DNA from: Octopus vulgaris
Lineage: Eukaryota
DNA: 64,000 bases
Assembly (NCBI GenBank): GCA_951406725.2
Contig: OX597819.1
Coordinates: 88,660,001 to 88,724,000 of the forward strand
Direction of reading: 5' to 3'
Shown: positions 51,025 to 64,000 of the stretch, in pieces
How positions within the stretch are numbered: the first letter of the stretch is position 1
How the letters are laid out: every line of letters begins with the position of its first letter
Translations under genes and position numbers: made by a program
The notes under the pieces: model-generated
The model's input: the letters and a program-made list of their open reading frames with translations, nothing else
Told to the model about the DNA's origin: nothing
The model's database searches: none

Positions 51025-54000
51025 TCATCATCATCGTTTAGCATCCACTTTCCATGCTAGCATGGGTTGGACGGTTCAACTGGAGTCTGGGAAGCCAGAA
51101 GGCTGCATCAGGCCCAGTCTGATCTGGCAATGTTTCTATGGCTGGATGCCCTTCCTAACGCCAACCACTCCGTGAGTGTAGTGGGTGCTTTTTATGTGCC
51201 AGACGAGGCTGGCAATGGCCACGAACGGATGGTGCTTTTCACGTACCACTGGCACGAGGCCAGTCAGGGCGGCGCTGGCAATGGCCATGTTCGGATGGTT
51301 CTCTTACGTGCCACCGGCACTGGTATCACAGCTGCAATTTCCATTGATGTTGATCGATTTCGATTCTCACTTGCCTCAACAGGTCTTCACAAGTAGAGTT
51401 TTGTGTCCCCAGAAGTAGACTGGCACATCCTGGGTTATGGTTTCACTTGTCCTGCCGGGTCTTCTCACGCACAGCACACTTCCAAAGGTCTCGGTCTCTA
51501 GTCATTTCCTCAGTGAGACCTAAAGTTCAAAGGTCGTGCTTCACCACCTCGTCCCAGGTTTTCCTGGGTCTGCCTCTTCCACAGGTTCCCTCAACCGCTA
51601 GGTTGTGGCACTTTTTCACACAACTATCTTCATCCATATAGACCTGTTGAGGCAAGTGAAAATCGAAATCAATCAACATAATGGAAATTGCAGCTGTGAT
51701 ACCAGTGCCGGTGGCACGTAAGAGAACCATACGAACATGGCCGTTGGCAGCGCCGTCTTGACTGGCCTCTGTGCCGCAGGCACGTAAAAAGCACCATCTG
51801 ATCGTGGCCGTTTGCCAGCCTCGTCTGGCACCTGTGCCAGTGGCACCTGTGCCAGTGGCACGTAAAAAGTACCCACTACACTCACGGAGTGGTTGGCGTT
51901 AGGAAGGGCATCCAGCTGTAGAAACACTGCCAGATCAGACTGGGCCTGGTGCAGTCTTCTGGCTTCCCAGACCCCAGTTGAACCGTCCAACACATGCTAG
52001 CATGGAAAGCGGACGTTAAACGATGATGATGATATAGGCATATACATGTAAGTGTAATAAGAAGTTGGCCTCTCAATCACATGGTTCCTTGTACAAGTAT
52101 CTTCTATTATACTTACAGGCTGACAAAAACCTTGTGAGAAGCCCATCATATATATAAATATATACCTGTATCTATGCGTGTCTACCTTTGTGTTTGTTCC
52201 ATACTACTGTTTGACAACTGATGTTGGTTTGTTTACATCCCCATAACAGCAGTTCAGTGTAAGAGACTGACAGAATAAATATTAGGCCCAATGGTACTAT
52301 GAGGTTAAAGTCAGTCCACATGACAAGATATACAATAGTTCATTGATGTTAGGAATGAGGAGAAGATAACAGTTTGTAATGGATTCAAACTCTTGCCTGT
52401 GTGAGTGTGAAACTGCTTCTTTCTTGGAAAAGTTGCAAAGTTAATGCTGGTTGTTGTACAATAAAGATCAGAGACGTGGCTAACAATGACTTAGGAAAAT
52501 ATTTAATTTAAAAAATTTTTTGGCTTTTTAGAATTTCTCCTGGAGCAATATGGACACCTATGTGGGAAGAAGTAATGAACAATGCAGAGAATCTAGAATT
52601 TTACAATGGAGGAGTGTCTTGCCAGATGAGAAATATTTCACAAATATGATTGGCTGTAATGTTATGAAGCATCTTTCCCAATCCCATGATTTAGAGTTCA
52701 GCCTTACCATATTGTACCTTGGGGAAGTGTTTTCTCTTACATTCCCAGACCAACTAAAGCCTTGTGAATGGATTTAGCAAACAGAAACTGAAAGAAGCTC
52801 ATCATGCATATAGGCACAGGAGTGACTGTGTGGTAAGTAGCTTGCCTACCAACCACATGGTTCCAGTTTCAGTCCCACTGCGTAGCACTTTGAGGAAAGT
52901 GTCTTCAACTATAGCATAGGCACAGGAGTAGCTGTGTAGTAAGTAGCTTGCTTACCAACCACATGGTTCCGGGTTCATTTCGACTGCGTGGCACCTTGGG
53001 CAAGTGTCTTCTACTATAGCCCCAGACCAACCAAAGCTTTGGTAAATAAAAACTGAAAGAAGCTCATTATGCGTGTATGTTTGTATCTCATTGACATTGC
53101 ATGATAGTTATAAATGCTGCTCACACTGTAGAACACAGTATTGGCCTATAAAAAAATGATTAATATAATTTACAGTATATTATGGTGGCATAACAAAATA
53201 CCACATCCTGACAAGTCATTAATAAATGATTTTCAATGACATACTAGCTGTACTATGCATTTCCAATGTTGTGTGAGAACATGTCTGACCATGATATCTC
53301 CTTGCTTGGAAATAGGTGAGGGTTAGTGACAGGAAGAGTACCCAGCTGTAGTAATCTGATGTCCTTGGACTTTGTTGCAAGTCAGCACCTGCAGAAAAAA
53401 AGAGAGCAAGGAGGAAGGTCCAAAGAGCTGATGCATGGGAAGGAAGAACTGCACATAGTAGTTAATATGAGACCTCCTGGTATATGAATGCAGCAGTAAG
53501 TGATGAAATTAAAAAGGTGAACAAGTCAAGAATCCTTGAGTGGAGGTGACATGAGCCCAACCAGCTTTGGGCAGCAGTGAACATTATAGATGAGTCCAAA
53601 AAGCAGTAGAAAACCATGATGATGATAGTAAAGCTTGCTTTGCAACCATGTGCTTTCAGATTCAGTCCCACTGCATGGCACTATGGGCAAGTGTCTTCTA
53701 CTACAGTCCAAAACCCAGTGAGTGAGTATGATTGATAGAAGCTGTGTGGAAGCCTGTCATTGGTATGTGTCTGTGTTTGTTTCCACTTGACTACTGATGT
53801 TGGTTTGTTTACATTTCTGCAACTTAACAGTGTAGCAAAAGTGACCAATGGAATAAGTATCACACTTTAAAAATATGTCCTGGGATTGATATATTTAACC
53901 ATGGAATATCTCTTACTCCATTCTATTTTGTGTGTGGTTTGTTTGTACAAAAGGTAAAGCTATAACCCTCACCTGAATACTTTATTGATGTTTCATAACT

Positions 54001-56710
54001 GTAAAATAGGCAGAATTAAAATAAATAAACAAACGACATTTTTATTGTATGGAAGCTATATTGACATGGACATGTGTGAAGGTCCTAAATAGTAGTGTGT
54101 AAACAGACATACATATCTTCATAGACACATATGTACATAAATACCTACATATATTATGCCTCCTAGCATCTGTTACTACCACCATTTCTGACATCGATTT
54201 AATGATGTTTGCACAAGTGGGTAAATATTCTCTAGCACTGCTTGTTGCCAATTATCTCAATCCTTTGTTATCTCCTCTGTGAGGATCAGCATCCAGAGTT
54301 CAGTCTTCCTGTGTCACCATTTCCACAGATTTCAACTTTGAATACTTTTGTAGCATGCTAGTTGTGTTATGGCATTCTCCAGCCAATCAAGGCTGAGCAC
54401 ATGAATACTGATGGCAGTTCTCTGCCCATGAAGTGAAGTGGAAGTTTCTAATCAGTTAGCGGACAGACAGCAGACAAGCAACATCTCTTTCAACATAGAA
54501 CAATCTCTTTGTTTTTCACACCAACTTTGCACTACTAGCTCTAAATTTTTAACCACTCTCAGCTTGCTACATCATGAATGGCTTATTTCATTTATGCCCA
54601 CTTCGCCCCATGATATTCTGGATGACATTAGCCCACTACTCTGGTCATGTTATGAACAGTATATTTTCATAAGCCAGCTCCATTTCTGTTAGCTTATAGC
54701 AACTTCCAAATGAATCTATTTTTCAAATGTAAGTTGCTTTCCCTACCTCATGCATACACACTCAGGCTTCACTCTTATTACTTGTTAAGCTCTTGTGATA
54801 ATTTAATAAATTACATTCCCTCTCTCTCTCTTTCGGAGAGGCACTGAACAGCTATATGCACACATACATACACGGCAGTAACTTCCGCCTACCGAATTCA
54901 ATCACAAAGCTTTGGTCGGCTCGGGGCTATAGTGAAAGACACCTCCCCAAAGTGCCACGCAGTGGGACTGAACCCGAAACCATGTAGCTAGGAAGCAAGC
55001 TCCCTAACCACACAGCCATATTTGTTTAAAAAAACTTTCTTCTGATATTCCATTACACATGCTTCTCAAAAGCTCACTGACAGGACTTTTCTACAATAAC
55101 TTTCATACTATAAATTAGTGACCACACTCACTAAAATTTTCTTCATACATCTGTCATCATCTATATATATATCACATGCCTGTACTAGTGCATTCTTTCT
55201 TGTACCCTGCAAATTTTTTTGCTTGCTGTCACAGATTTCCAAATTTGATATATTGGTGTAATTTTTCATGCTGAATCCAAATATGAGATTCATTTATTCC
55301 TGAGAAAAATTTCAGAAAAATCTTACAGAGGTTCAAAGTTTGATCATTTTTAGCCAATCAAAAAGCATGAATCAGAAGCTGGTATTTTCTGCATGATAGC
55401 TGTCTGTGTCAAAATGATTGACAGCAGCAACAAAATGAGAGCAAAATGTTATGAAAGTTTTAATGAGCTTTAATGAATAATGTCTTGCGAAATATTTGTA
55501 CTTCTTCATATAATGTCTCTCTTTACACAATTTGCTTTTAGCAACAACACCCCTGTCTTCAAAGTAAAAATCCACATCCTCCTTAGTATTCATTTTCTCC
55601 ATCAAATAAGAAAGGTTACAAGATTTTGCAGTGGTAATATTGTATTTCGATGTAGAATTGTGATGTTGTTGGAAAAGGTCCTGGAAAACAGGTCAACTAA
55701 TGAAAATGCGATTCAAAGAATTAAGGCTCGGAAATATACAAGCAAACAGGGTAGACTATGGCTTTGCTTGTTACTCTGGAAACAAACACCAGTGTGAGGT
55801 TTATAGCTGTGTGTATAATGGTGGTTTTCGCTGCGCTGAAAGTACCCAAAATTTGCAAACTTTAAAAGCCATGAGCTTTATATTTATTAATTTATAGCCA
55901 AAATTTATTTCAGTGTTACAATTAGTATATGAAACTAAATTGGTATAAACAAATTTGAAAATAATTGGAACAAAATTGTAAAAATAAGAAAATCTGTGAC
56001 AGCAACCAAAAAGATTCTACTCTGCATCTGATTCCTATTGTACTCAATTAGCTTATTTAAATGCTGTTATTTATACATACAGACATTACATGTCCAGTAA
56101 TAGCATAAACCTTCAATGACTTTTTACTGCGGTTCTGAACTCTGGACTGTCCTTTCTGTTTCTTTCCAGTTTGAATGTTAATTCATCATTATTGTTTAAT
56201 GTCCTCTTTCACTGCTGGCACGGACTGGACAGTTTGACATAGAACGGGCTAGCAAGGAACTGTCCAGACTCCAACTGTCTGTTGTGGCATGGTTTCTACG
56301 GCTGGATGCCCTTCCTAACACCAACCACTTATCAAAGTGTGCTGGGTACATTTTATGTGCCACTGGCACAGGTGTGTTGATGCAGCACCAGCACAGGTGC
56401 TTTTCAAGTGGTGCCAGTACCTGAAGGGACAAGCCTGAATATGTGGAAGACAGTGATTTTAATTAGTTTGGCACTTCTTCATGCCACTGTGCTCTATCCA
56501 CTAACAATTACAGTTCATTAAGAACAACTTCCATTAATTAAGTGCATGTGTTCTTTGCAGGTTATGGGTCATATGAGAACTCCTTCCAATATTGGAACAG
56601 CATGTCTTTACCTAGCAGCTGATGGCAAATTTTGTACAGGCATTGATATTAATGTTTCTGGGGGAATAGATATTTCCTTTGGCAGCAAGAGCAAAGTTAC
56701 CCTATCTTAA
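49365..56710 (+). pseudogene. HSD17B14: HSD17B14-like pseudogene, copy C (remnants of exons 4, 5, 8, 9 only)
   Basis: Exon 4 at 49365-49431 with acceptor AG>AA; exon 5 at 49975-50068 with +2 nt frameshift (GGATAT-AT-ACT); exons 6-7 deleted (junction about 50254); exon 8 at 52532-52625 with 3-nt deletion and donor GT>AT; exon 9 at 56561-56710. No exons 1-3 found upstream. Confidence 0.9.
51025..52032. mobile_element. Two 5'-truncated RTE copies fused head-to-head (51025-51640 minus; 51641-52032 plus)
   Basis: (CAT)n tail at the left end and (GAT)n tail at the right end; junction ...CATCCATATA|GACCTGTTGAG; absent from the paralogous copy B site (about 24940). Confidence 0.8.
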
Positions 56711-57098
56711 GAAACTCAAACTAATAGAGAAGAAAATGAAAAGAAGGAAAACGAAAATAAATTTATGCTGTTAGATAACTGATATTTTTCAACTTTGGGG
56801 TTTATATTTTCCTACAATAACTTGAATGATTTTGTATGTGAATTTTTGAAAATATATCATATTTGCTTGTAATTTATATTGTTTAAAGTCAATAAAGGCT
56901 TTATTGCATTTGTCACTTGGAAATTTTCTGTAGCCATTACATAGTTAATTAGCTTAATGTTTCTGAGAATGGCATGACTTTTGCATCATCTCATTTTTTA
57001 TCAAAGCTAAGATGTTCTGAATAAGAAATCAAAATGGTCTATATTTTTGAAAGAAGGATTTTCAAATTTTATTTTAATTAACTCTTCAGTTATCCAAT

Positions 57099-57170
57099 GG
57101 CCAGATAACTGAAGAGATGGTGGCATGGATTTCCACCCCGACATCCGAAACTCTGAGTTTTATCATGGCT
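57099..57170 (+). ncRNA. Type I hammerhead ribozyme-like motif
   Basis: Stem I GGCCA-GATAA / TTATC-a-TGGCT; CTGAAGA 57109-57115; stem II GATG..GTGG / CCAC..CATC; GAAA 57147-57150; stem III CTC-t-GAG; GUU cleavage triplet ending at 57159. Confidence 0.65.
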
Positions 57171-58013
57171 ACCAAATAATTGTCACATATTACATTTACA
57201 GATAAATTCTTTTATTTACATGATATCAAGGTCTCTTTCTTTCTTTTGTTGTCTTACCATTTCTATCAATATATATATAATTGGAACAAAAACGCAACAG
57301 AGTACAATAAATCACTCAGAGATATAGACAATACAATGCGGACAAGAGAAACAACAATTAGAAGGACAGGCAAAAAAAAGACTGGTCATTTGTGGCCTTC
57401 TTTCCTCAGTCACATCCCAGAAGTCATGACTGTTTTGGGCAGTTACACTTGAGACAGTTCGATCTGGTTGCCCCCAAAAAGTCGAAGCTAAGAGTATTAG
57501 ACCCCTTTGTAAGAAAGCTAGCGAATGTGTATGGCAAGAAAGACAAAAAACAGAGAACATGGTACACAAAAAGACGAAAAATGGAAAACATGTTACACAG
57601 TTATGAATACAAACAACAAGCAAATAACAACAGGTGTCTTTCAACTGAGAACAAATCAAATAGAAATATATATATATATATATACAAATATATATATATT
57701 TGTATACCACTAAGTGGACACCCTTATGCTAGAAATAGATCCGCCATGGTCTTACCACTAAGAAATGTTTCCAAGAAAAATTTAGCAAAACAACAAAATG
57801 TAATCGAGCAAGACAAAAGAAAAAGCAATAAAAATATGGATTATTCGCATACATGTTTCACTATTAACATATTACGTAATTTTACTTAACGTAAATGTCC
57901 GTAGATCATTGGTGTGACCGTCCAAATGAATATAATTTGCAGGACTGCATACAAGGACGTCCGCACAAAGTTAGATCTGTAAATAGTTCTACCCATTACA
58001 CCCATGGATAACA

Positions 58014-58057
<44 letters not shown>

Positions 58058-59519
58058 GTGTGTGTGTGTGTGTGTTTATATATACATATGTCCTGTAAAG
58101 TACATACATTCTCCAAACAAACACTTTTTTATTAACTGGTTTCATCTGACAACTCGATAAAACAAGAACTAAAAAGAAATATAAGAATAAAATGAGTAAT
58201 TTATTGAGATATGCTAACAATATAAACAGTGAAGAAGTGCTTTGAAAATAAATCTCCTGCAGATGATTAAAACTTGTGAGTTCACATTTTCATAACTTGA
58301 ACAAACGACAATTGTGTTTCAATCTGATCATTTGACCAAATGATAATATTTGATACTTGAAACAAACAAAAAATGTGTGTTTAGTTGTTGTCGTGGCAGT
58401 AGTCGTTAATAACTATAGTGGTAACAATAATTTTGGGTAGTAGCAATTGAAAATAGAAAAAATATCAGAATATTAATAAATAATATTTAATTGGATGCAA
58501 AGAAAAATGAGATGGAAGTTGGAGGGAAAGGAAAGTGTTACAAGGGAAATAACTCTTCCGTTATAGGTTTACATTTGCAGACCATAAGTATTGAACTAAA
58601 ATCCATATTGTGAGTCCTCACCAATAATCTAAAGAAGGGGTGTAACGTCAGTGTACTAAAAATGGGAAATAAAAAAACAAACAATCAAAAAACCCAATAA
58701 ATAGCGTGAGTAAGCAGAAATGGACATAATGTGGCCATAATTTCACTCGGTTATCCAAATTCCGAGAGTCATTACGCAGTGTTATCTCAGGTAACCTCTA
58801 CGTCAGTTATGGGCAACCTGCAGGACTTTCTGAATGGCACGCCTTACAATAAGCCATGTCTCGTGCGATCCGCTCCTCTAAAAAAAGGTTGCCGACTCCT
58901 TCTCTGCAGCAACGACAAAGAACTGCTCATATCCATGACGTGGCGAGCGCCCGTCAATAAAATCACCAGAGAAGTTGCTTGTCGACCTGACCGTGCTAAG
59001 AGACAAGTGATCGGTATAAAATTAAATTGTGGACATACAAACATGTTTGTCTCAAATACCAATAAGTAAGTAGCACGTTTTATCGGCCACAAAGTATTAG
59101 AAATAAAATTCAAACGCGAAGTAAAGACAAAGCTAAATTACTGAAATACTATTTAGCATTGCACTTTAATGTTTCTGCCACTATCGCTCTCCTTAGATCA
59201 ATGAAACTAGATTCCTTACACTGATACAAGGTCATAATTTGGAGAGGGCATTGTCGATTTATTTGACTATATTCTGTCTCGCAAAATGAAATGGGGAAAT
59301 CTACCCCTACCCAATTTGAACTGAATATAGAGACGTAAATAAAAAATAATACTCTGCTAATGACTACGCTCATAATAAGACATTTAAGGAAAACTAGTAT
59401 TAAATATGCTATCATAGACGAAATTGCAACTTAGTAAAATTCAAATGTTTCACATGTGAAGAAAAAGAATACATAAAACTATTTAAATCGAAGAAATAAA
59501 GAAATAGCAGTAACTACGG

Positions 59520-60325
59520 TGCAATAGATATTGACACAATGCAGCAATGGATCACAGACTGGCAACTGAAACTGGCTGTGGACAAGTGTACCACCATGCA
59601 TTTTGGGAGAAAAAACCCTGCGTTCACATACTCCCTCCACAACACTGATATCAAGAAATCCTCTTGCGAGCGTGACCTAGGCATCACTGTCAGCAGTGAT
59701 TTGCGTTGGTCAAAGCATATCTCTAAGATTGTCAGGAAGGCCGAGGGTGTCTTGGCATCACTCAGCAGGTCTTTTGTTAGCCGCTCTCCAGCCATCTATT
59801 TAAAACTGTATACAGCTATGGTACGATAACACTTGGAATTCGCATCATCAGTTTGGAACCCCTATCTTGCACAGAACATTGACCTCCTGGAATCTGTCCA
59901 GAGACGTGCAACCAAACGCATACCCTCCATCAGACACCTACCATATTCTGAGCGCCTTGTTTCCCTGGGCATGGATTCACTGAAGCTCCGGCGTTTGGCA
60001 ACTTGTAAACACCCACAAAGTTATCAACCACCTCACCAACAACAACACTGAACACCTTTTTGATCTCCATGTGTCTAACACACGTGGACATGCCTACAAA
60101 GTCAGAAAACAATACAGCTCCCATGACTTTCGGAAACATTTTTTCACGCTCAGAGTTGCTGAAGCATGGAATAAACTGCCTGCGTCAGTTGTTGACTGCC
60201 ATGACACTGCATCTTTTAAGGCCCTCATGCTTTCCGAAATCCGCCGAAACTACACCTGATTATATATACACTTTAGATGAGTTGTAGTGCACCTGAGCAC
60301 TGTACATAATTATTTTTATTATTAA
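59520..60325 (+). mobile_element. CR1-clade LINE 3' fragment (related decayed copies at 25880-26620 + and a tail at 10745-10810 -)
   Basis: WQLKLAVDKC, ERDLGI, LYTAMVR*HLEFASSVWNPY, LESVQRRATK, TRGHAYK, RVAEAWNKLP; shared tail GATGAGTTGTAG..CACCTGAGCAC. Confidence 0.85.
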
Positions 60326-60461
60326 AGGCTTTAAAATCTATAGTTATGTCCCTTTATTTCTGTTAGTTCTACAACTTTGTCTTTTAAACTTCAACATTAA
60401 TTCAGTTAGTTAGGCTCGTCCCACTACAGTACGGCTTCCGTAAATTCGGATTAGTTTATTT

Positions 60462-60828
60462 GGATCTTTTCGGTTTGAACGGCAGTTTTTAAAAATAATT
60501 TCCAAGTAACTAAGCACTTTTAAACTTCGTATACTGATAGAATGTGTTTATAAAACATCTTTTTCTCTTGGCTTTATAGAGAAATTTCTATAATTTCAAC
60601 CAATCAATGACGTCTATTGAGGTGAAAACATTCTGTGCCGTATGAAAATGTCCCTCGTTTAAGAAACAGATTGGGTTTATTTACATTTCTGATGAAAAAA
60701 AAAAAGATACCCTTCCCCCCACCCTAAAATAGATTGAAATGCAATAGATCGATACTAGGGTCATAATTATGGGTGACAATTTCATATGACACCGCTAGAA
60801 AAAACTGCTGTTCAAACCGAAAAGATCC
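60462..60828. mobile_element. MITE with about 29-bp TIRs and 8-bp TSD (superfamily uncertain, possibly Merlin)
   Basis: GGATCTTTTCGGTTTGAACGGCAGTTTTT / AAAAACTGCTGTTCAAACCGAAAAGATCC; TSD GTTTATTT at 60454-60461 and 60829-60836. Confidence 0.85.
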
Positions 60829-62823
60829 GTTTATTTAGTTATTTTTTTTTAAGTGGATGAATAGAGATTAAACATACCCTACTTTAACTGAGTATTGGTG
60901 TGTACCTGTATCTGTTTAATAAAATCATATTCTTTACTTTTTTGTTTGGATAATTATCAAACAGACCCTGATTTGTGAATGTATTAATTGCAATCTGTTA
61001 AATCCAATGTAGTTTAATTACTCTTCATAGTTTATTTTATATTTTTAAGGCATATATTTGTCTCCAGAAAACCCTGAAATCCACAAATCCAGAATACTTC
61101 CAGTCCGGAGCTTGCTGAATAATTGGTCCAGTACTGCCTTAAGGTGGGTGGCCAAGAGCCAACGTCAGAAATTATCCAAAGATTAGTGAAATTCATGCTG
61201 ATGCAACTAAATTGATTTAATTGCTTAGAAAACAGGTGTAATTATCCCACTTCGTTTCCCAACTAATGAGAGAGAGAGATTATTTTTAATCAAAACATAA
61301 AGTTAATTGTAAAATCTTGCAACATTTTCGAATTATGTTACTGTAATAAAGCCATTCCCAAATGCAATGAAATTACTACAATTTTTTTTTTTTTTAAGTA
61401 CAGTTTATGAAATATTTCCTGAAAGAAAATTCGAAATAAAAATCTATTATTTAGCACAAAAGAAAATAAAACTGTTCTTTATTTTAAAAGTTGCTTTACA
61501 TGAAAATAATAAACAATTTTTTTCCAAAACGTTAATAGAATACAGCATTTTATAAGTTATGAGTTGGAGCTAAGCTCTGTCTAAATCTCAGATGTTTAAT
61601 AATCTCGACCCAATCTGTTTAGATGTGAATATGTCTCAAGCAAGGACACAACTCTACAAAGAGGGAGACCACTGAATAGTCGGTGAAAATTTTGATAAAT
61701 GAAAATATTGATTTTCAAATCCTACATGTAACCAATGAAATAAAAGATGCAATGAATCAGTCTAAATTATTTTATGAAATTATTACAGCTTAAATCATAA
61801 ATAGAATAATAATAATAATAATAACAATAACAATAAGCTTTGTACTATAAGCACAAGTCTGAAATTTTGTGGGAGTAGACTAGTCAATTACATTGATGTC
61901 AGTACTTAACTGATGCCTATTTTATCAACCCCCGAAAGGTAAAATCGACCTTGGTGGAATTTGAACTTAGAATGTAAAGATGGATGAAATGCTGGTTAAG
62001 CATCTTTTTTCTAGCGTGCTTACGATTCTACCCAGTCACTGTCTTAAATGGAATAATAACTGCACTCATCTTGAATTGTTTAATAATGAAATGGTTTTGT
62101 GAAACCGCTTTGGGGTCTTATTAAATTTCTTCCAACTACCTGATTTTTTCCAAATTTTCTACACTGATGCAGTTTCGCATGGTAATGATGAAAATTGAAT
62201 TCTTTCCCCCCCCCCTTTTTTTTCCCTGGAAATTAAGAAGTAAGACGTTTTCGTCAACACACAAAACTTTATCGAAACTATATATTTTAAAAAATAATTT
62301 GGAGTAAATTTCAAATACTTCAAGACGGTGGAAGAAATTTTAGCAAAATCCTTGCTTTGTTATCACTTCTTGGTGAGATTAAGTTCAATAATCTGAACCT
62401 TGTTTGGTAAGATGTGGTAACGGGACATAACTACGTCAGTGATATACAAAGTATCCCAGAATTAATTAAATATTTCAATGAAATTGGGCAAATTGAAAAA
62501 AAAAAACTGACAGAATTTTATGCTTATTACTTAATTATGACACCAAAATAAATAGATTTGTAAATCTAATGTCAAAACTTTATTGAAAATTTTCATCTCG
62601 TGCTCCATCCCTGCAAATTTCAGCATTGCAAAACACATTTTGAAGCATTTCTGGAGTTATGTCCTGCACTGCTGACAGAGAATGTGTTCTTTAAGTTCAG
62701 CTAAACTATTGCTCCATCATCGGGATGGAGGCAGAGAAAATGATTGCAGCCAAATTGAAAAAAAGCTGTCATGGACAGATAAGCAGAATCCAAAAGGAAT
62801 GGAAAAAAAAATATTCAAAAATA

Positions 62824-63211
62824 GGTGCAGGAGTGGTTGTGTGGTAAGTAGCTTGCTTACCAACCAAATTGGTTCCAGGTTCAGTCACACTGTGTGGCAC
62901 CTTGGGCAAGTATCTTCTACTATAGCCTCGAGGTGACCAAAGCCTCATGAGTGGATTTGGTAGATGGAAACTGAAAGAAGCCAGTTATATATATGTATAT
63001 GTATATATATATGTGTGTGTGTGTGTTTGTTCCCTCAACATTGCTTGACAACTGATGCTGGTGTGTTCACGTCCCTGTAACTTAGCGGTTTGGCAAAAGG
63101 ACCGATAGAATAAGTACTAGGCTTACAAAGAATAAGTCCTGGGATCGATTTGCTCGACTAAAGGCAGTGCTCCAGCATGACCGCAGTCAAATGACTGAAA
63201 CAAGTAAAAGA
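62824..63211 (+). mobile_element. tRNA-derived SINE (family 1)
   Basis: Same head, core and tail as the other copies. Confidence 0.85.
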
Positions 63212-64000
63212 TTAAACAAAATAAAAAATTTATACACTTTTAGTACATATTAAACAAGATAAACATAAATAAAAGTGAATTTTTAAAATAATTGTCTGAT
63301 TTCACTGAAATAAATAGTTTATTCTGGAACACCCTGTATCATATGTGGCGACTTTGTGCGGCAATGATGACCCTCAGAGATGTTAAGACCATTACTTAGA
63401 AACAACCAATTGATGAAAATTTGTCTACTTCAAATCATTAGGTACTTGTACATCTATCTCCAGCAAATAACAGTAGATAAGCCTGTAATATGTTTAATTA
63501 GAAACAGAATATATCACAGCTGTAAAAATATGGTGTTATCTAATATAGAAAAGTGAAAAACATGGAAAATATTTTTGTGTCTTAGGTTTCTCCTTTGTAA
63601 CAAGTTTCCTCTCTGATCTGAAATTGACCAAAGCTGAAATATGAAGAATCCTGAGTATTAAATTGTGACTGATCTTTGATCTTTGCGACCTCAGCTCTTG
63701 AATATAATGAAGTAATCAGAATGCAAACAAAATCTTCCCAAATACTTCTGTATTAATACTTTTAAAAAGAATTTCATAACTGTGAAAGGTCATTCAGTCT
63801 ATTCCACATTGACACAATCTAACATATGACAACAAAATTATTGACTTCCTAAAATTGATTTTGGCTTGGTTGAGGCAAGTTTACAAATCACATTTACAAC
63901 CTTATAATATTTCTTGCTATGAAGCTATTTATAGACCTCACTATCAAGAATATGACACAAAGACAGATGGCAACATCACCACTAATGATAAGATTTAATA

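Larger units (their letters stand above)
49310..57060. repeat. Large inverted segmental duplication of the copy B region (about 19150-25612 plus 32332-32975)
   Basis: Intronic sequence and old repeats align in reverse complement, e.g. 50270-50940 vs 25605-24960, 52290-52800 vs 24480-23970, 55020-56180 vs 21340-20180. Confidence 0.9.

Noticed and set aside
57180-57889. Overlapping 90-165 aa ORFs downstream of pseudogene C
   Set aside because: No identifiable domain and they run through (TA)n; possibly a decayed retroelement but unsupported.

Overview
AT-rich, repeat-dense animal genomic DNA; the SINE/LINE repertoire and microsatellites point to an octopus (inferred). The genic content is a cluster of three intron-containing paralogues of an HSD17B14-like NAD-dependent short-chain dehydrogenase. 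Copy A (+) has exons 2-9 at 1965-13364, with exon 1 upstream of the window. Copy B (-) is complete, 9 exons and 267 aa, at 38225-19464. Copy C (+) is a pseudogene at 49365-56710 and an inverted duplicate of B that lost its catalytic exons. The paralogues show exon-level gene-conversion tracts, and the A/B amino-acid differences cluster in substrate-contact segments. The most notable non-genic system is a near full-length Tx1/L1-clade LINE (38635-43990). It shares its 3' stem-loop tail with a local SINE family and sits inside that SINE at a 16-bp site; an independent SINE-in-SINE junction (36478-36493) uses the same site, suggesting a LINE/SINE pair that targets the SINE itself. Several minimal hammerhead-ribozyme motifs occur, some in probably Penelope-derived foldbacks; the best formed is at 57099-57170. 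Also present are R4/Dong-like, RTE, CR1, Tc1, mariner, hAT and piggyBac elements and a solo LTR. All calls were made by eye without database searches.
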